This document shows positions 50,666-64,000 of a DNA stretch of 64,000 nucleotides, piece by piece. A program made the position numbers and the translations under genes. The notes beneath the pieces are model-generated. The model saw nothing but the letters and a program-made list of their open reading frames with translations, searched no databases and had not been told where the DNA came from. The DNA lies in NCBI GenBank assembly GCA_951406725.2, contig OX597818.1, positions 9,734,001-9,798,000 of the forward strand, written 5' to 3'. Source of the DNA: Octopus vulgaris (Eukaryota). Every line of letters begins with the position of its first letter. Position 1 is the first letter of the stretch.

Positions 50666-50728
50666 TTTGAGCTGACGAAAGAAATGTTGATTTTATTTGG
50701 CTAATCTTGAAACGTTGACGTACTCAAA
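50666..50728 (+). ncRNA. Type I hammerhead ribozyme (copy 3)
   Basis: tttgag-CTGACGA-aaga..tctt-GAAA-cgttgacg-TA-ctcaaa; predicted cut after 50722. Confidence 0.88.
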
Positions 50729-50922
50729 CGATCTATGTACTTGTGATATTTTTTCTGTATTTACCTCCAAACCTTCGTGAGCTGTCTGGAGTAAACATTA
50801 TCTGAGAGAAATTTTCTTTAAGTAGTAGAAATGGCTAAAAAAATTTTTTTGGGCTGCTATTTCTACTAAGTTCAGTATGTGGCAAAGTAATTTATTTTAC
50901 TAAGCCCTAATTATATAATGTA

Positions 50923-51001
<79 letters not shown>

Positions 51002-51057
51002 ATATATTTATATATATAAATACACACACTCACACACACATACATATATATATATAT

Positions 51058-51249
51058 GTCATTCGCCATGATAGATCGCTAGCTACTACACATTCTTTAT
51101 TTTCTCTCCTTGTTTCTTTCTGTGTTCCTTTCGGTGGAAGAGCGTAGGCTCGAAACATTAACGTCTTTTTCACTTCCTGAGCGTTAAACTAAGCGTTAAA
51201 CATCTGTTTGTTGTCTACACCACCTGTCTTCGTCTTTTGTGAATTCCAC

Positions 51250-51251
<2 letters not shown>
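51058..51251 (+). mobile_element. Short (TA)n-flanked element with a degenerate hammerhead-like motif (51132-51165)
   Basis: CGGTGGA-a-GAGC gtag GCTC-GAAA-cattaacg-TC; no stem I; (TA)n on both sides. Confidence 0.5.
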
Positions 51252-51284
<33 letters not shown>

Positions 51285-51288
<4 letters not shown>

Positions 51289-51385
51289 TTTTAATCATTT
51301 CAGTCATTAGACTGCTGCCATGCTGGGCCTTGAAGACTTTTAGTCGGAAGAATTTACCCCAGTACATACAGACATGCATACATGC

Positions 51386-51426
<41 letters not shown>

Positions 51427-51550
51427 TGCATGTATGCATGTCTGTATGTATGTACGACAGTTTCCCTGAACCAAATCCACTCACAAGGCTTTGGTCAGCC
51501 CAAGCTTATAGTAGAAGATTGAACACGGGACCTTGAGGTTGGGAAGTACT
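51285..51550 (-). mobile_element. SINE A, deleted and degenerate
   Basis: CCAAATCCACTCACAAGGCTTTGGTC and TTTCAGTCATTAGACTGC. Confidence 0.7.
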
Positions 51551-52391
51551 GTTTCATCCACAACCCTTTCAATGTCAGTTATATCACAATAATCCGTTCG
51601 GACAAACAAGTGCTGTGAATTTTGAAGAAAGAAAACTACTTCCGATTGGCTTGGAACGTATAGATAAAGAAAAGGGGAAATATGTCACACATTTTAGTAT
51701 ATGCTATTATAAGATTCTTTATCAGTGGTGACATAAGAAAATGATTGCCAAATGTGCAGCGATTTTACTATTCGTCACAATTCTAGTTGGGTTCTGAGTT
51801 TGAACGCATTCTAGCGAATATTTGAAACTTGAATAGTGATAATAAAATTTTATAAATGTGTATTTAAGTGTGTATTTAAGTATGTGTGAGTGTGTGAAAA
51901 AGCGAGAGAATATATGTGTTTGTGTCTTGCGTATATAAAACCACTCTTTCCCTAGTAGGCGTTGTGAAAATTCAATTGATGGCATAAAGAATAAGGAGAA
52001 AGAGGGTGAAAGTGAGAGAGAGGGAGGGAAAGAGGTAGATTGAGGAAGAAAGAATGGGAAAGCGATTAAACTAGGGAGCGAGACAAATTAAAATAAGGAG
52101 AAAATATTCTTCTTCATTGATCATAAATATCAGTATGGACATATATGTAGTTGAATATATCTCGATATACGTATCTATTTATTTCTCTGTGTAAGTATTT
52201 CACTGTGCATGTGACTGCGTATGTTTCTGAAGTGTGCGTAAAGTATATGTCCATGTGTGTAGATATACATGCTCGTTTATTCCGATCATAAATTGAAGAT
52301 CTGATATCATTGAAATATTGGATATATAATTCCCAGTAACATTTCATCTTAAAGCAATAAAATAGAGCAAATAATTTGAACTTTGAATTGC

Positions 52392-52733
<342 letters not shown>

Positions 52734-53869
52734 GCGTGGACATTGCTGATCTGAACATCGAGTATCTTGAACTATGCATTAATATATGCTGAATACTTCT
52801 TTAAATAGAGGTTCACATGGCTTTAGAAAAGAGAATAACTTGTATTTATGAATGTGTGTATGTGTGTGCTTGTGTATGTGTGCATGTATGCGTGCTCATC
52901 TGCGTGTGTTTCATGATGAATCTCAATACGATGAACAAAAGTAACTCTTTCGCTCTAGTCTATCTCTGTGTGAACTTTTGCTTGCATTCTTCGAACCATT
53001 TACAGTGTCACTAGTTACCAGAAACTTCATCGACGAAGAATTTGAAAACGATCACAAGGTAAGAATACCACATTCTACAAAGGTACATGTACGTAGTTTT
53101 GTTTATTGCGAATTGAGCTTTCAATGCACAAGATCTAATTTTTGTGTAAGGATAGAATTTTCTGATAGCAGAAAAAATTAAACGAAACAGCTATTTAAAG
53201 ACCTCGAATTTTATTTTAATCATTTCATTTCCTATTGTTCTTAACCATTGGTACTTAAGCAAAGCAGGAGTTTGAATCAGGGTTTTCAAACACAACCTGG
53301 GTGCTCTTACAGCACGATCGTTCGCTTTATCGAGTATTCTATGTCCTCAAGTAACACCAGCGTCTGTTCTGGCACTCAATGTATAATAATGGCGGGGAGA
53401 TGAATCGCTGCTGTTTCTAGCAGTCGACTGTCCATCTTTAACTAGAACAAACAAGGTCGAAGTCACATGATCTGGTGGTCTCAGTGCTTGAGGTAGTGGG
53501 GATTTATCTCCTTATTAGCAATGGAAACAGGAGTGCATTTTGCACCAAAAAGCCAATATGTGAGTTTCGCCCATGGCAACTAACGCTAAACAGTTTGTTC
53601 TAATGGACCATCTACTTTTAAGTGGAGATAAACGTTTCTAAATATTCTATAAGCATATGCATTTTCCATCATTTCTTTTATCCAGCTGCTTTACTAGCAA
53701 CATTCTTTCTCAGATTAGCCTGGAGGGCTGTTGGTTTAGTCACCTACATAAGGAACATGTAACAGGTTGTGTTTGATTATATGCTGACAGGAGCACTCAA
53801 GCGATCCTCAAAGCAACCTGACATGCAATACATGTTTATGCAGTGTGCTTAATATGGATAGATGGATAG

Positions 53870-54035
53870 GGCAGCGAGCTGGCAGAATGGTGAAGCACGC
53901 CGGGCAAAATGCTTAGCGGCTTTTCGTCTGTTTGTACATTCTGGGTTCAAACTCCGGCGAGATCGACTTTGCCTTTCATCCTTTCGGAGTCGGTAAAATA
54001 AGAACCAGCTGAGCACTGGGGTTGATCTACTCGAC
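53870..54035 (+). mobile_element. SINE B, 3' truncated
   Basis: Family motifs. Confidence 0.88.
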
Positions 54036-54059
54036 TAATATGAATAGATGCATAAATAT

Positions 54060-54079
54060 ATACGAATGTGCGTGCGTGC

Positions 54080-54126
<47 letters not shown>

Positions 54127-54447
54127 CGCGTGCATGTGTATGTGCTTATATGTATATGTATGTATTACAAAATACATTTTGAGACCCTATTCAACCAGTT
54201 GTGATAAATTTGTTTTTAAAGTATAGAGAAAAATGGAAAGTTCCATTTCAAGGAAAATGTGTTAATGTGATAATTTGCAATTGTGTTAGGAAATTCCACA
54301 AATATTTTACATGCATGTGTGTATTTGAGTGTTTGTATGCATGTATATATTTGTACACATATATTTATAATACATTTACACACACTCGCATATATATACA
54401 TGCACACATATATACATACATATATATATGTATGTATATATAGGTAA

Positions 54448-54486
<39 letters not shown>

Positions 54487-54602
54487 TATATATGAATATA
54501 TATATATATGTATATATGTATATATGTATATATGTATATAGGTATATATATATATATACATACATACATGTATATATATATATACATATATATATATATA
54601 CG

Positions 54603-54644
<42 letters not shown>

Positions 54645-55567
54645 TATATATATATATACACGTATATATATATATATGTATATATGTGTGCGTGTGTGTG
54701 CGTATCTGTGTATCTATGTATGCATCCATGTATGTATGTATGTATGTATGTATGTATGTATGTATGTATGTATGTATGTATGTACGTCTGTATCCGTCTG
54801 TGTATGTATGTATAGAAAGCATGCAAGAACATGCGTAAAGTCACTTCACATGTGTCCGTACTTAAAGCAGAAGCTCAAGAAAAGATACCTGTAATAATCC
54901 GTGATCCGAGAATCGAATGCTGTTTCAGCTGAGCTATTGTGTCACATGTGTAAAGAAAACGAGATAAAAAAATTTTATATTATATCGACCGAAAGGAAAC
55001 CAATATATATATATGACATTTACCATTTATCAAGTAAACCTACAATGCCGTTTGTTATTTTCTTATAAGATATACTGTGTAGTAATACTCAAGAAATGTT
55101 ATATTTCTTTCCGTATTTTAATTAATTTTCTTACTGTTACATTTTAAGTAAAGGAATATATCATATTTGATAAAAAAAAATAAAAAAAAGAAACTTAAAA
55201 AATTTAAGAAAATGTAAAAATACGAAACACATAATTTGAAATATCACGTAAATATAAACAAAATGAAAGTAATATGTTTTGAAAATTACTTGATGTGTGG
55301 AAAATATTGATTAAAGAAAAATAGTTCATGTTAATTTTTTCCTAACATGTGGGAAGAAAAGTTATTAGCAAGAATTTCATTCACAGAGAATAAAATTGAT
55401 GATTAATGATCATGTGTGCGCGTGAATGAATGACAGTGTCTATCTTAAAAACACATACATGCGCCCGCACGCAAACACACACACAAATGCATACACACAT
55501 AACATATGCACACAAACATACATACACACATGCACACACGTACACATACACTTAAAATGCATACATG

Positions 55568-55599
<32 letters not shown>

Positions 55600-55649
55600 T
55601 ATATGCATGAATATATATATTTATACACACACACACATATATGTATATG

Positions 55650-55698
<49 letters not shown>

Positions 55699-56720
55699 TA
55701 TATGTATATGTACGTGCATTCAAACATGCATGTATATATATATGTTTGCATGTATGCATGTATGTATGTATGTATTGTATGTACAGGTATATTGTAATCT
55801 ATAGATTCATACACCATCACGCACGCATACACACAAACATGCATACACGAACATACGCACATATATAAATATATTTGTGTATGTGTGTGTATAGTTCTAG
55901 GTATATGTGTTTGTGTGCACGTGTGTGTGTGTGCACATGTGTGTGTGTGTGTATACATATATATATGCATATGTATACATCGATGTATATACTCCTAAAC
56001 ACACATACATGCCTAAACACACACATGTATGTATGTATGTATGTATGTATATATGTATGTATGTATGTATTAGTATACTTGGACTGAGTGGGTGAGAGAT
56101 AACTATAAAGATATCTGTATATGTGTGTGCGGATGTGTGTGTGAGTGTAAGTTTATCTTTGGGTGTAGGTATAGTGTTGTTACTTCAAAGAGTTTCACGT
56201 ATATTGATGATTGTGTAACTGATATATGATACATTATACGTTGTATTTATAATGTTAAACAATCTTGATTGGTCATTCATTGGAAGGAGAATGTCAACTG
56301 AAATGAATTAGGAAATAGTAGGTGATTATACACACACATAGGCTTACAGACACACATATGCACGCACTCGCACACACGTACGCGCGCGCACTCACACACG
56401 TACATAAAGCTAAAATGGAGCAATGTGCATGCGCTTGTGTGTGTGCGGTTATTTGTGCGCATGTGCGTGTATAAATGTGTAAGTGCGTGTGTGTTTGTGT
56501 GTGCCTAGTATATTTGGTGGTCAACGCTGTACTGCGATAAATATAGATTTTCCTCTTATAGAGGACATTGCCTCTGGAAATTCAAGCGTAAAACATGCAT
56601 ACACGCACATATAACACAAACATGCATATACTTACACACACACACACACATATATATATATCTTTATTATATACATTTTTTGAACTTGCGTGTTTTGTTT
56701 TGTTTCATGCTGTTCTACAA

Positions 56721-56767
<47 letters not shown>

Positions 56768-56770
56768 CTA
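54060..56770. repeat. Long purine-pyrimidine alternating microsatellite field
   Basis: (TA)n, (TG)n, (TATG)n with short AT-rich gaps. Confidence 0.9.
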
Positions 56771-57359
56771 CACACCAACATATTGTCCGCAATTATAGTT
56801 AAAGAGCAGAAAACTATAAAGAAGGGAGCAGGCTACATCTGCAGGTATTCATGCATATGATAGCGATTAACGTTCTCAGGGAATCACTCTTGAATATCAA
56901 TGACAATGAGTTTCAGTAAATGCACAAAATTCTGCCAAGAAGAGATATTGTCGAATAACCTATCTTTCGAATGTCTCAAAGGCTAGCTTAAGTGAACCCT
57001 TGATGCTGAATATGTTTTAAATAGCTTGAAACGTATATTACAATGTGTGCCTATTGAGGAATAGTGTTACTATTAACAATAGAATGCAGTACAGAGTGGG
57101 TTCAGTGTTGGTTACAGCAAATGCAATTAAAATTACAGTGAGACTTTTAAGTCATCTCCTATGGGCTATAAAGCTAGTTTACACTACTCCTATTTTGTAG
57201 ATAGGCTGCAGAAATGGAAGCCTTCTAATTATATGTATTATACCTTTATTTATCTTCTATCGCAGCTGGAGAACAATACCATTGTTGGTTATTGGTCTGG
57301 TAGTCCGTTTATGTAAGTTGTAACTTGGTGTATTATCACACAGTATCTCTAAGGGAAAT

Positions 57360-57572
57360 GTCAGTGAGCTAACTGTATTGTTAGTATGTCTGACAAAATG
57401 CTTAGCGGCATTTCGTCCATTTTTAAGTCCATCTTTAAGTTCTGGGTTCAAATTCCTTTGCCTTTCATACCTCTCGGAGTCGATAATGTAAGTTCGAGTT
57501 GAAAAACTGGGGTCGATCTAATCGACTTGCACTCTTCCTCGAAATTGCTGACCTGGTGCCAAAATTTGAAAC
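57360..57572 (+). mobile_element. SINE B, degenerate
   Basis: AAAATGCTTAGCGGCATTTCGTC...CTGGGGTCGATC...GTGCCAAAATTTGAAAC. Confidence 0.8.
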
Positions 57573-57750
57573 GAATATTTGTCTATAGGGGAAATTAGTT
57601 CTCAAAAATAAAAACTTGCAGTGAATACGATTCACGTCGGAGTGTTAGGAACGTATTTTGTTTCATGTTGTGTTGTGTGCACACAGACTCTGTGTGTGTG
57701 TGTGTGTGTGTGTATGTGTGTGTGTGTGTGTGTGTTTATAAACAGGCAAT

Positions 57751-58995
57751 GGTGCTACTGTAGTATGACATCTACCATCCATTTTCTACTACAGTATGAT
57801 ATCTGCTAATCATTGGTAGTATGAAATGCGTTAAAATTCATTAAACATTTATTCTACAGAAGCAAAGGAGCATAATAAACAGTTTGTAGTGTAAAATTTA
57901 TTTAAAATCATTAACTCCTTAAATCATTAACACCGTATTATACAAAATAAAATTCATCAAATATTGATTTTAATGTTTGTAAACTGATCTGATATTTAAA
58001 AAAGCAATGAACATGCCATCGTTTTTCCTGAGCCTTTTCCAACAATAATGATCCAAATGTGATAGAAAATGTTGAGTAGGCACGCCTTTTTTTTTTTTTT
58101 TTTGAGTATTTCAATCTTGACATCAAGTCACAATCGCTCACTAACTTGTATATAATTTCTAATGTCGGGTCCACATAATTCACTTGACGGTTTTGTGCTG
58201 ATGACCGATATTCCTTAAGCAACGGTAGACCGGATCACAGAGCCAAGCTTACATTCACGTTCTATGATAGGAATCAAAGTGTCCCTATCTCTTCGTTGAA
58301 CATAAAAGTACTGACAATCAAGCCAATTTTCAGACAAAAACCCCAGTGTCCATCTATGCGTGCCCCATGGTTCTTCTTATTTGTAAGTTCTGCATCAGAA
58401 TTCTCTGAGATTTTCCTGTGTCAATCGTTTGACCCCGCGTTTGGTGTGATATTATCACGCTACAAACTTCACAACACATAGTAAACCAGTCTGTAACAGT
58501 ATTAGGCGACTTTCCAGTAAAGGTTACTGTAGTACTTATCGGAATTTCATGAATAAAATAGTGCGCTAATTCTAAAATTTCACACACACACAATCTGCTA
58601 TTGATCATCCCATTTATATCGGTATAGTGGAAAAACTGATTTCCTTCCCGAACTGAGCGATATGCTTGGCACCCTTTTTTCGGACATCTCAATATTGACC
58701 GGAAATCTCCTGTTCTATTCCTCTTTCTTTTTTCTTGCATTTGTGTTCTACATTTATGACAAGGAGGTATATTTCCTATCTGTTCAATAAGATTGTGCTC
58801 ACTCAAAGAGGACACCGTTTCATCTTCACTTTAAGATTATTTTGTAAAAATCTCTGGCCAGTATGGTGCTAGTGTGAGCAACTAAATGAACTAGAATTAA
58901 TTACTGAAAGCCGTAAAATGATTGTTTGGTAGAGTGCATTGTCATCTACGGTAGGTCGCAAATAGCAAGGTAGATATCATACTGTAAGTAGTATC
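57751..58995 (-). mobile_element. Merlin DNA transposon with both ends and a pseudogenised transposase
   Basis: ORF 58354-58815 (CHKC..RCPKKGC..SVREGNQFF..TVTDWFTMCCEVC), then QRRDRDTLIPIIERE and VNYVDP in other frames; TIR GGTGCTACTGTAGTATGACATCTACC / GGTAGATATCATACTGTAAGTAGTATC; TSD-like CAGGCAAT / CACGCATT (6 of 8). Confidence 0.82.
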
Positions 58996-59050
58996 CACGC
59001 ATTCATTCATTCAAAGCTCTCACTCGGTGTCGCATCCATACACAGACACA

Positions 59051-59120
<70 letters not shown>

Positions 59121-59409
59121 CACTTCCAGCTTCCACATAATTTATGTCGAATTTCCCTTTCAAGGTATTGGAAGCAATGATGGCAAACTTTTACTCAGCA
59201 TAATACAGAGTGAGGCAAAATTTCATAGTTGCAAAACGCAGTTCCTAACAGCGCAGATAAGTGAGTGTCCATATTTGTTGTGTATCATCTCTTGAGAATA
59301 TTTGCTGTATACTGATGTGCTTCTGGCATCACAAAAACAAAACGAAGGCATTCTGCTGAGTATGTAACAGCGAGCCAGTTGCAAGTGAATGAATTATTAC
59401 AATGACTGT

Positions 59410-60105
59410 TCAAGGCACCAGCTGACAAAATATTTAGCACGCCCGGTAAAATGGGTGGCGACACTTCGTCTGTTTACTCGTTTACTCTTTTATTTGCTTC
59501 AGTCATTTAACTACGGCCGTGCTGGAGCACCGCCTTTAGTCGAGCAAATCGACCCCAGGACTTATTCTTTGTAAGCCTAGTACTTATTCTATCGGTCACT
59601 TTTGCCGAACCGCTAAGTTACGGGGACGTAAACACACCAGCATCGGTTGTCAAGTGATGATGGGGGGGACAAACACAGACACACACAGACACAGACACAC
59701 ACACACACACAGACACACACACACACACACACACACATATGCACACGCACACACACGCACACACACACATATATATATATATACATATATACGACAGGCT
59801 TCTTTCAGTTTCCGTCTACCAAATCCACTCACAAGGCTTTGGTTAGCCCGAAGCTATAGTAGAAGACACTTGCCCCAAGGTGCCACGCAGTGGGACTGAA
59901 CCCGGAACCATGTGGTTGGTAAGCAAGCTACATATCACACAGCCACTCCTGCGCCTATGTCTTTACGTTCTGAGTTCACATTCTGCCGCGGTCGGTTTTG
60001 CCTTTCATCTTTTTGAAGTCGATAAAATAAGAACTAGTTGAGCACTGGGGTCGATTAAATCGACTTACTCCCTCGAAGTTACTGGCCGTCATTCAAAATT
60101 TAAAT
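59410..60105. mobile_element. Full-length SINE A (minus, ~59475-59955) nested inside a SINE B (plus)
   Basis: SINE B reads ..CTTCGTCTGTTTAC | SINE A | TGTCTTTACGTTCTGAGTTC..; TGT(C)TTTAC is duplicated. Confidence 0.88.
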
Positions 60106-60600
60106 GTTATTACAGTGACAGTTCTGGCATTATGCCGATAGCAGAAAGGATTATTACAGTGGCGATTACAATAGTTGTTAAAAACTGCAACAAGGAAATA
60201 CTCCTCAAACGTAACTCCGTATAATCAAAACGAAATCGCAGTATTGATGCCAGGTTACTGTTTCGCCCCAAGTCATATCTGACCGTGCAAATCAGTAACC
60301 GAAGACATTCCAGCCATATCTGCTACATCTCTTTTGTGTGTACCAAGGACTGCATTATCCAAAGTGCACTTCCATTTTAAGCTTGGGTTTCATATGTGTA
60401 AGAATTTAGCTATTATTTGCGGCATGTCGTCCGGCTATGTAAACGTCCCTTCGTTGTGTTGCAAATTATTGTTGTTGTTGTTGTTGTTGTCAGGTTACAG
60501 GAAAATTACGAACGAATTAGTCATAATTTGAATTTTTTCAAATACGCTGTATATTTAATTATCTTTTTTTTTTGAACATGTAGAATCGTTAATCCCAATA

Positions 60601-60669
<69 letters not shown>

Positions 60670-61304
60670 CTCTTTCTCTCTCTCTCGCTCTCCATTTTTA
60701 CCTCCCATCCCATTCTGTCACTGTGGCAACCCTATTATTCATACAGGTTTCCCTTCTAAGACTATGTAATTCTTTATTTACTTTCAATTTCAAGAATGTA
60801 AATTGCGAATTTACAAACATAGTCACTTCGATATACATTGTACTATGGTGTTACACATATATCCTAATAAATGCATATATACCTAATATATAACGAGACA
60901 TACGCACCCTGGTAGAATTAACAGCAAAGTCTCCTTCAAAACAAGAAAAGCATCATAATGTTGAAAAATAGAATCTCAACAAGAGACATTGTTTATGGAA
61001 TAATCATCAAAGTACATTTACTGAGTTTGCAGAATGTGAAATAAATATTTTTTAAAGAAGCAATTTTAGATTATTGAATGAGAACGACAACTTAAATTTC
61101 AATAATTTATCAATTAAAAGTTCCTAATATAATATCTGCTTTTCTGAAAATAGACATAAAGTTTAATGACTTCCTAATTCTTTCAAACGCTCTAGGCACT
61201 TAAGCTGAAGATAGTTTAGGTGAAAGGTAGGATTTCAATGGATAAGCAATATAAATTTAAAATGTTATCATTTGGAAAGCGACAAGTGCCAAACTCGATT
61301 ACTA

Positions 61305-61540
61305 TTATTAATAATAATAATCATCCATTCTACTACAGGCACAAAGCCTGAGAATTTAGGAGGAGAAGAGGTGTTAACCGATTACGTCGAAATCAGTATT
61401 CGACTGTTACTTATTTCATCGACCCTGAAAAGAGGAAAGGCAAAGTCTACTTCAGTAGAATTTGGGTTCATATCGTAAAGACAGAGCAAATGCCGTTGAG
61501 CATTTTTGTCCGCGTGCTAACGATTCTGCCAACTCACCAA
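61305..61540 (-). mobile_element. SINE B with (ATT)n tail
   Basis: Reverse complement of family motifs. Confidence 0.8.
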
Positions 61541-61804
61541 TAATAAGCTCTGATCATCTGGTGGATTTTTGAGATTGTCTTTGCTGTTAGGTCAAGAGTT
61601 TCCGTTGCTGTGATTGTGTTTGTTGTCGTTGGGTATAATCGAAAATTGGCATCAAAAAGCCTGGATTTATAACAACATGATTCTTGGCTACCAAGTTCCC
61701 AACTCAGTGGCCTTTGTCTTCTTACAATATCTTGAGACGATCAAAGCCTTGTGAATCGAATTTAGATATATGTATATATGTATGTATGTATGTAAATATA
61801 TATA

Positions 61805-63019
61805 CAGGGTGCGTAAAATATTTGAGGACATATTTATGTTTATTAAAAAATAGATATATAATAACAGATAACTTAATTTATCAAAAAAAGCGATGATGAT
61901 AAAAATAAGCCCTCTTTTCTATGTTATTCAATAAAACCACCTTCAGCTTCAACAACTGGTTCTATATGAGATCTAAATCATCTACATGCTCGAATCAAGT
62001 GATCCTGGTTCATTTTAGACATTATTCTGACTATAGCAGCTTTCAAAGAATCTTTGGTGTTATGGGCGTATTCATTGACCTCTCTATCAACAATACTCCA
62101 CTTGAAATAGTCCAATGGATTGAGATCTGGGGAATTAGGAGGCCAAATGTTAGGCGTTACGTGATCATGAAAATTTTCAGTCATCCATTCCTGTGTTACT
62201 AGAGCCATGTGTGATAACACATATGGCCTTCCATTGCAAACCCTATCCAAGGCTTAACAATTATTTCCAGGACTTCAATGTAGGCGGCAGAGTTAATTCT
62301 AAGGCCTTGTGGAAAGAAGTAAGGAGGCATCACATTGCTGACAACCCCTAAAAGCATGACAGTTGCAGAAAATTTTGTATGCATAACACTTGAAACTTCA
62401 GAAGGGTCTGCACATAACCATCTGTCATTTTTCTTGTTAACTTTTTAATCTTGGTCAAAGTATTTTTCGTTTGAGAAAAATCAAATCAAATCTTCTTCTG
62501 CTGGATTTTTCAGTTTGTTTTAGATTTCATGTAGTGATTTTCTTTTGCTTTTTCTGACAAACTGAGCTTTCCTCATCATATAAGACTTATATCTGATGTC
62601 CTCGTGGACAACATTTCTGATTGTTCTTTCTGATATCTAGAGATCTTTTGCAATTGACTTCATGGACTTCCTGGGATTGTAATCAATGACCTGTTGAACT
62701 TGCTGGATAAATCCAGGTGTCCTGATGATTTCAGTGCGTCTAGAATGCTTTTTTATGTTTTGATACTGGTGATACGTTTCCATCTTCAGCCTCTAGCTCC
62801 TTACAAACTTTGTAGACGAAAGATTTGGCTACTTTTAAAAATCGAAATATTTCTAATTCGCTCTGTTCAGCCTTTATAACTACAATAGCAGCATGTCTTT
62901 TCATTTCTTGAGTAAGCTGATGGTCTTCCATAATTATTTTCTGAAAAAAATATTTTATTTTGATTTAACAAAACATGCAGCAATGACCCCAAATGTATGT
63001 TCTCAAATACCTTACGCAC
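61805..63019 (-). mobile_element. Near full-length (~1.2 kb) DD37D-type Tc1/mariner transposon, pseudogenised
   Basis: TIRs TA-CAGGGTGCGTAAAATATTTGAGGACATA / TATGTTCTCAAATACCTTACGCAC; N-terminus MEDHQLTQEMKRHAAIV..; VMLLGVVS..PPYFFPQGLRIN..IVKPW; WPPNSPDLNPLDY. Confidence 0.92.
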
Positions 63020-63044
63020 ATACATACATATATACATACATACA

Positions 63045-63129
<85 letters not shown>

Positions 63130-63319
63130 GGAAAATATGATTGTACATTAGAAATGAAAAAAAAAAAAAAACGAAAACGAAAGACTGATACAGGAACCAG
63201 GAACAAACAAATACGGTTTATAAGCAAGCGTGTTGTCTTAAGGCGGTGACAAACATAGATAAATAGAATGGTTAGAAAATAGAAAAATATACTATTCCTC
63301 GTGTTGGATATTTATAGCA

Positions 63320-63733
63320 GCAGGTAACATGAAAAGGAAAGTGAGGACAGGCAGAGAGGGACGAGCAAAATAAAAAAATAGAATAATAGAGAGAAAGAGG
63401 GACGCAATAGAGCGAGAGAAGTACAGTGAGAGAGAAGAGCAAAATGGAGGGAGAGAAAAATACTAAGAGAAAAGATATGGTAGAGTGGGAGAAAGACAGT
63501 GACGGGGAAAAGGTAATTAAAATAGACCAAAGAATAAATCAGTGAAAGCAAAAGTACAAAACAGAATGCGATTAAGACAGTGAGAGAGGGGACTATATTG
63601 AGCGAAAGAAAGATAATGAGACAGGGGGAGGGGCATGATTAAGTGAACGAAATTCAGATAGTGAAAGAGGAAGGATAAGATATTGCGAGAGGAACATAGT
63701 GAAAGGGGGAAAGATATAGCTAGAAAAGGAAGT

Positions 63734-63778
<45 letters not shown>

Positions 63779-63800
63779 TGGCGAGATAGAGCGAAGGAGT
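63320..63800. repeat. Purine-rich (GA) low-complexity tract, similar to 39950-40510
   Basis: Direct reading. Confidence 0.85.
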
Positions 63801-64000
63801 GACAGAAGGAAAAAACTACAGTGGGAGTGGAGAGTAAAGTAGACCATGAAAGAGCTAACGTGAGTCACAGCGAGAGAAAATAAATTGGTTACAAGGAAAA
63901 ATATGAATACGCTGGAAGTGAAACTTCAAAATAATGGTGGAAAAACTGTACGACATCTAATGAACCAGTCGTCACCTGCGAAGTAGATTGGTTTGATAAT

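Larger units (their letters stand above)
49485..50929. mobile_element. Non-coding hammerhead-bearing retroelement (retrozyme-like or PLE pseudo-LTR array) inserted in (TA)n
   Basis: 543-bp unit 49485-50027, partial tandem copy 50028-50254, inverted copies 50253-50485 and 50482-50929; copies nearly identical; long (TA)n on both flanks. Confidence 0.9.

Noticed and set aside
50522-50704. 60-aa ORF inside the hammerhead unit
   Set aside because: GTG start, no motif, frame broken by the 16-bp indel in the other copy

Overview
AT-rich animal (non-prokaryotic) intergenic or intronic DNA with no convincing host protein-coding gene. The SINE families and very high microsatellite load point to an octopus genome (inference). 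Most listed ORFs are translations of (TA)n, (CA)n, (CATA)n or (ATT)n arrays. The real content is transposon-derived: about 30 tRNA-derived SINE copies of three families, decayed RTE, R4/Dong and L2/CR1-group LINEs, DD37D Tc1/mariner and Merlin DNA transposons, hAT and foldback MITEs, and at least five Penelope-like element (PLE) relics. The strongest signal is a set of minimal type I hammerhead ribozyme (HHR) motifs read directly from the sequence. (1) A young, non-coding 543-559 bp unit at 49485-50929 sits in a (TA)n array as tandem and inverted copies and carries three intact-looking HHRs (retrozyme or solo pseudo-LTR like). (2) Other HHRs show compensatory swaps of the 3-8 tertiary pair: U3:A8 at 12106-12153 and 29410-29456, and G3:C8 in both arms of a 289-bp palindrome at 36619-36907. 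(3) Four insertions share a head-to-head architecture with both 3' ends pointing outward. All alignments and folds were done by eye, so boundaries are approximate.
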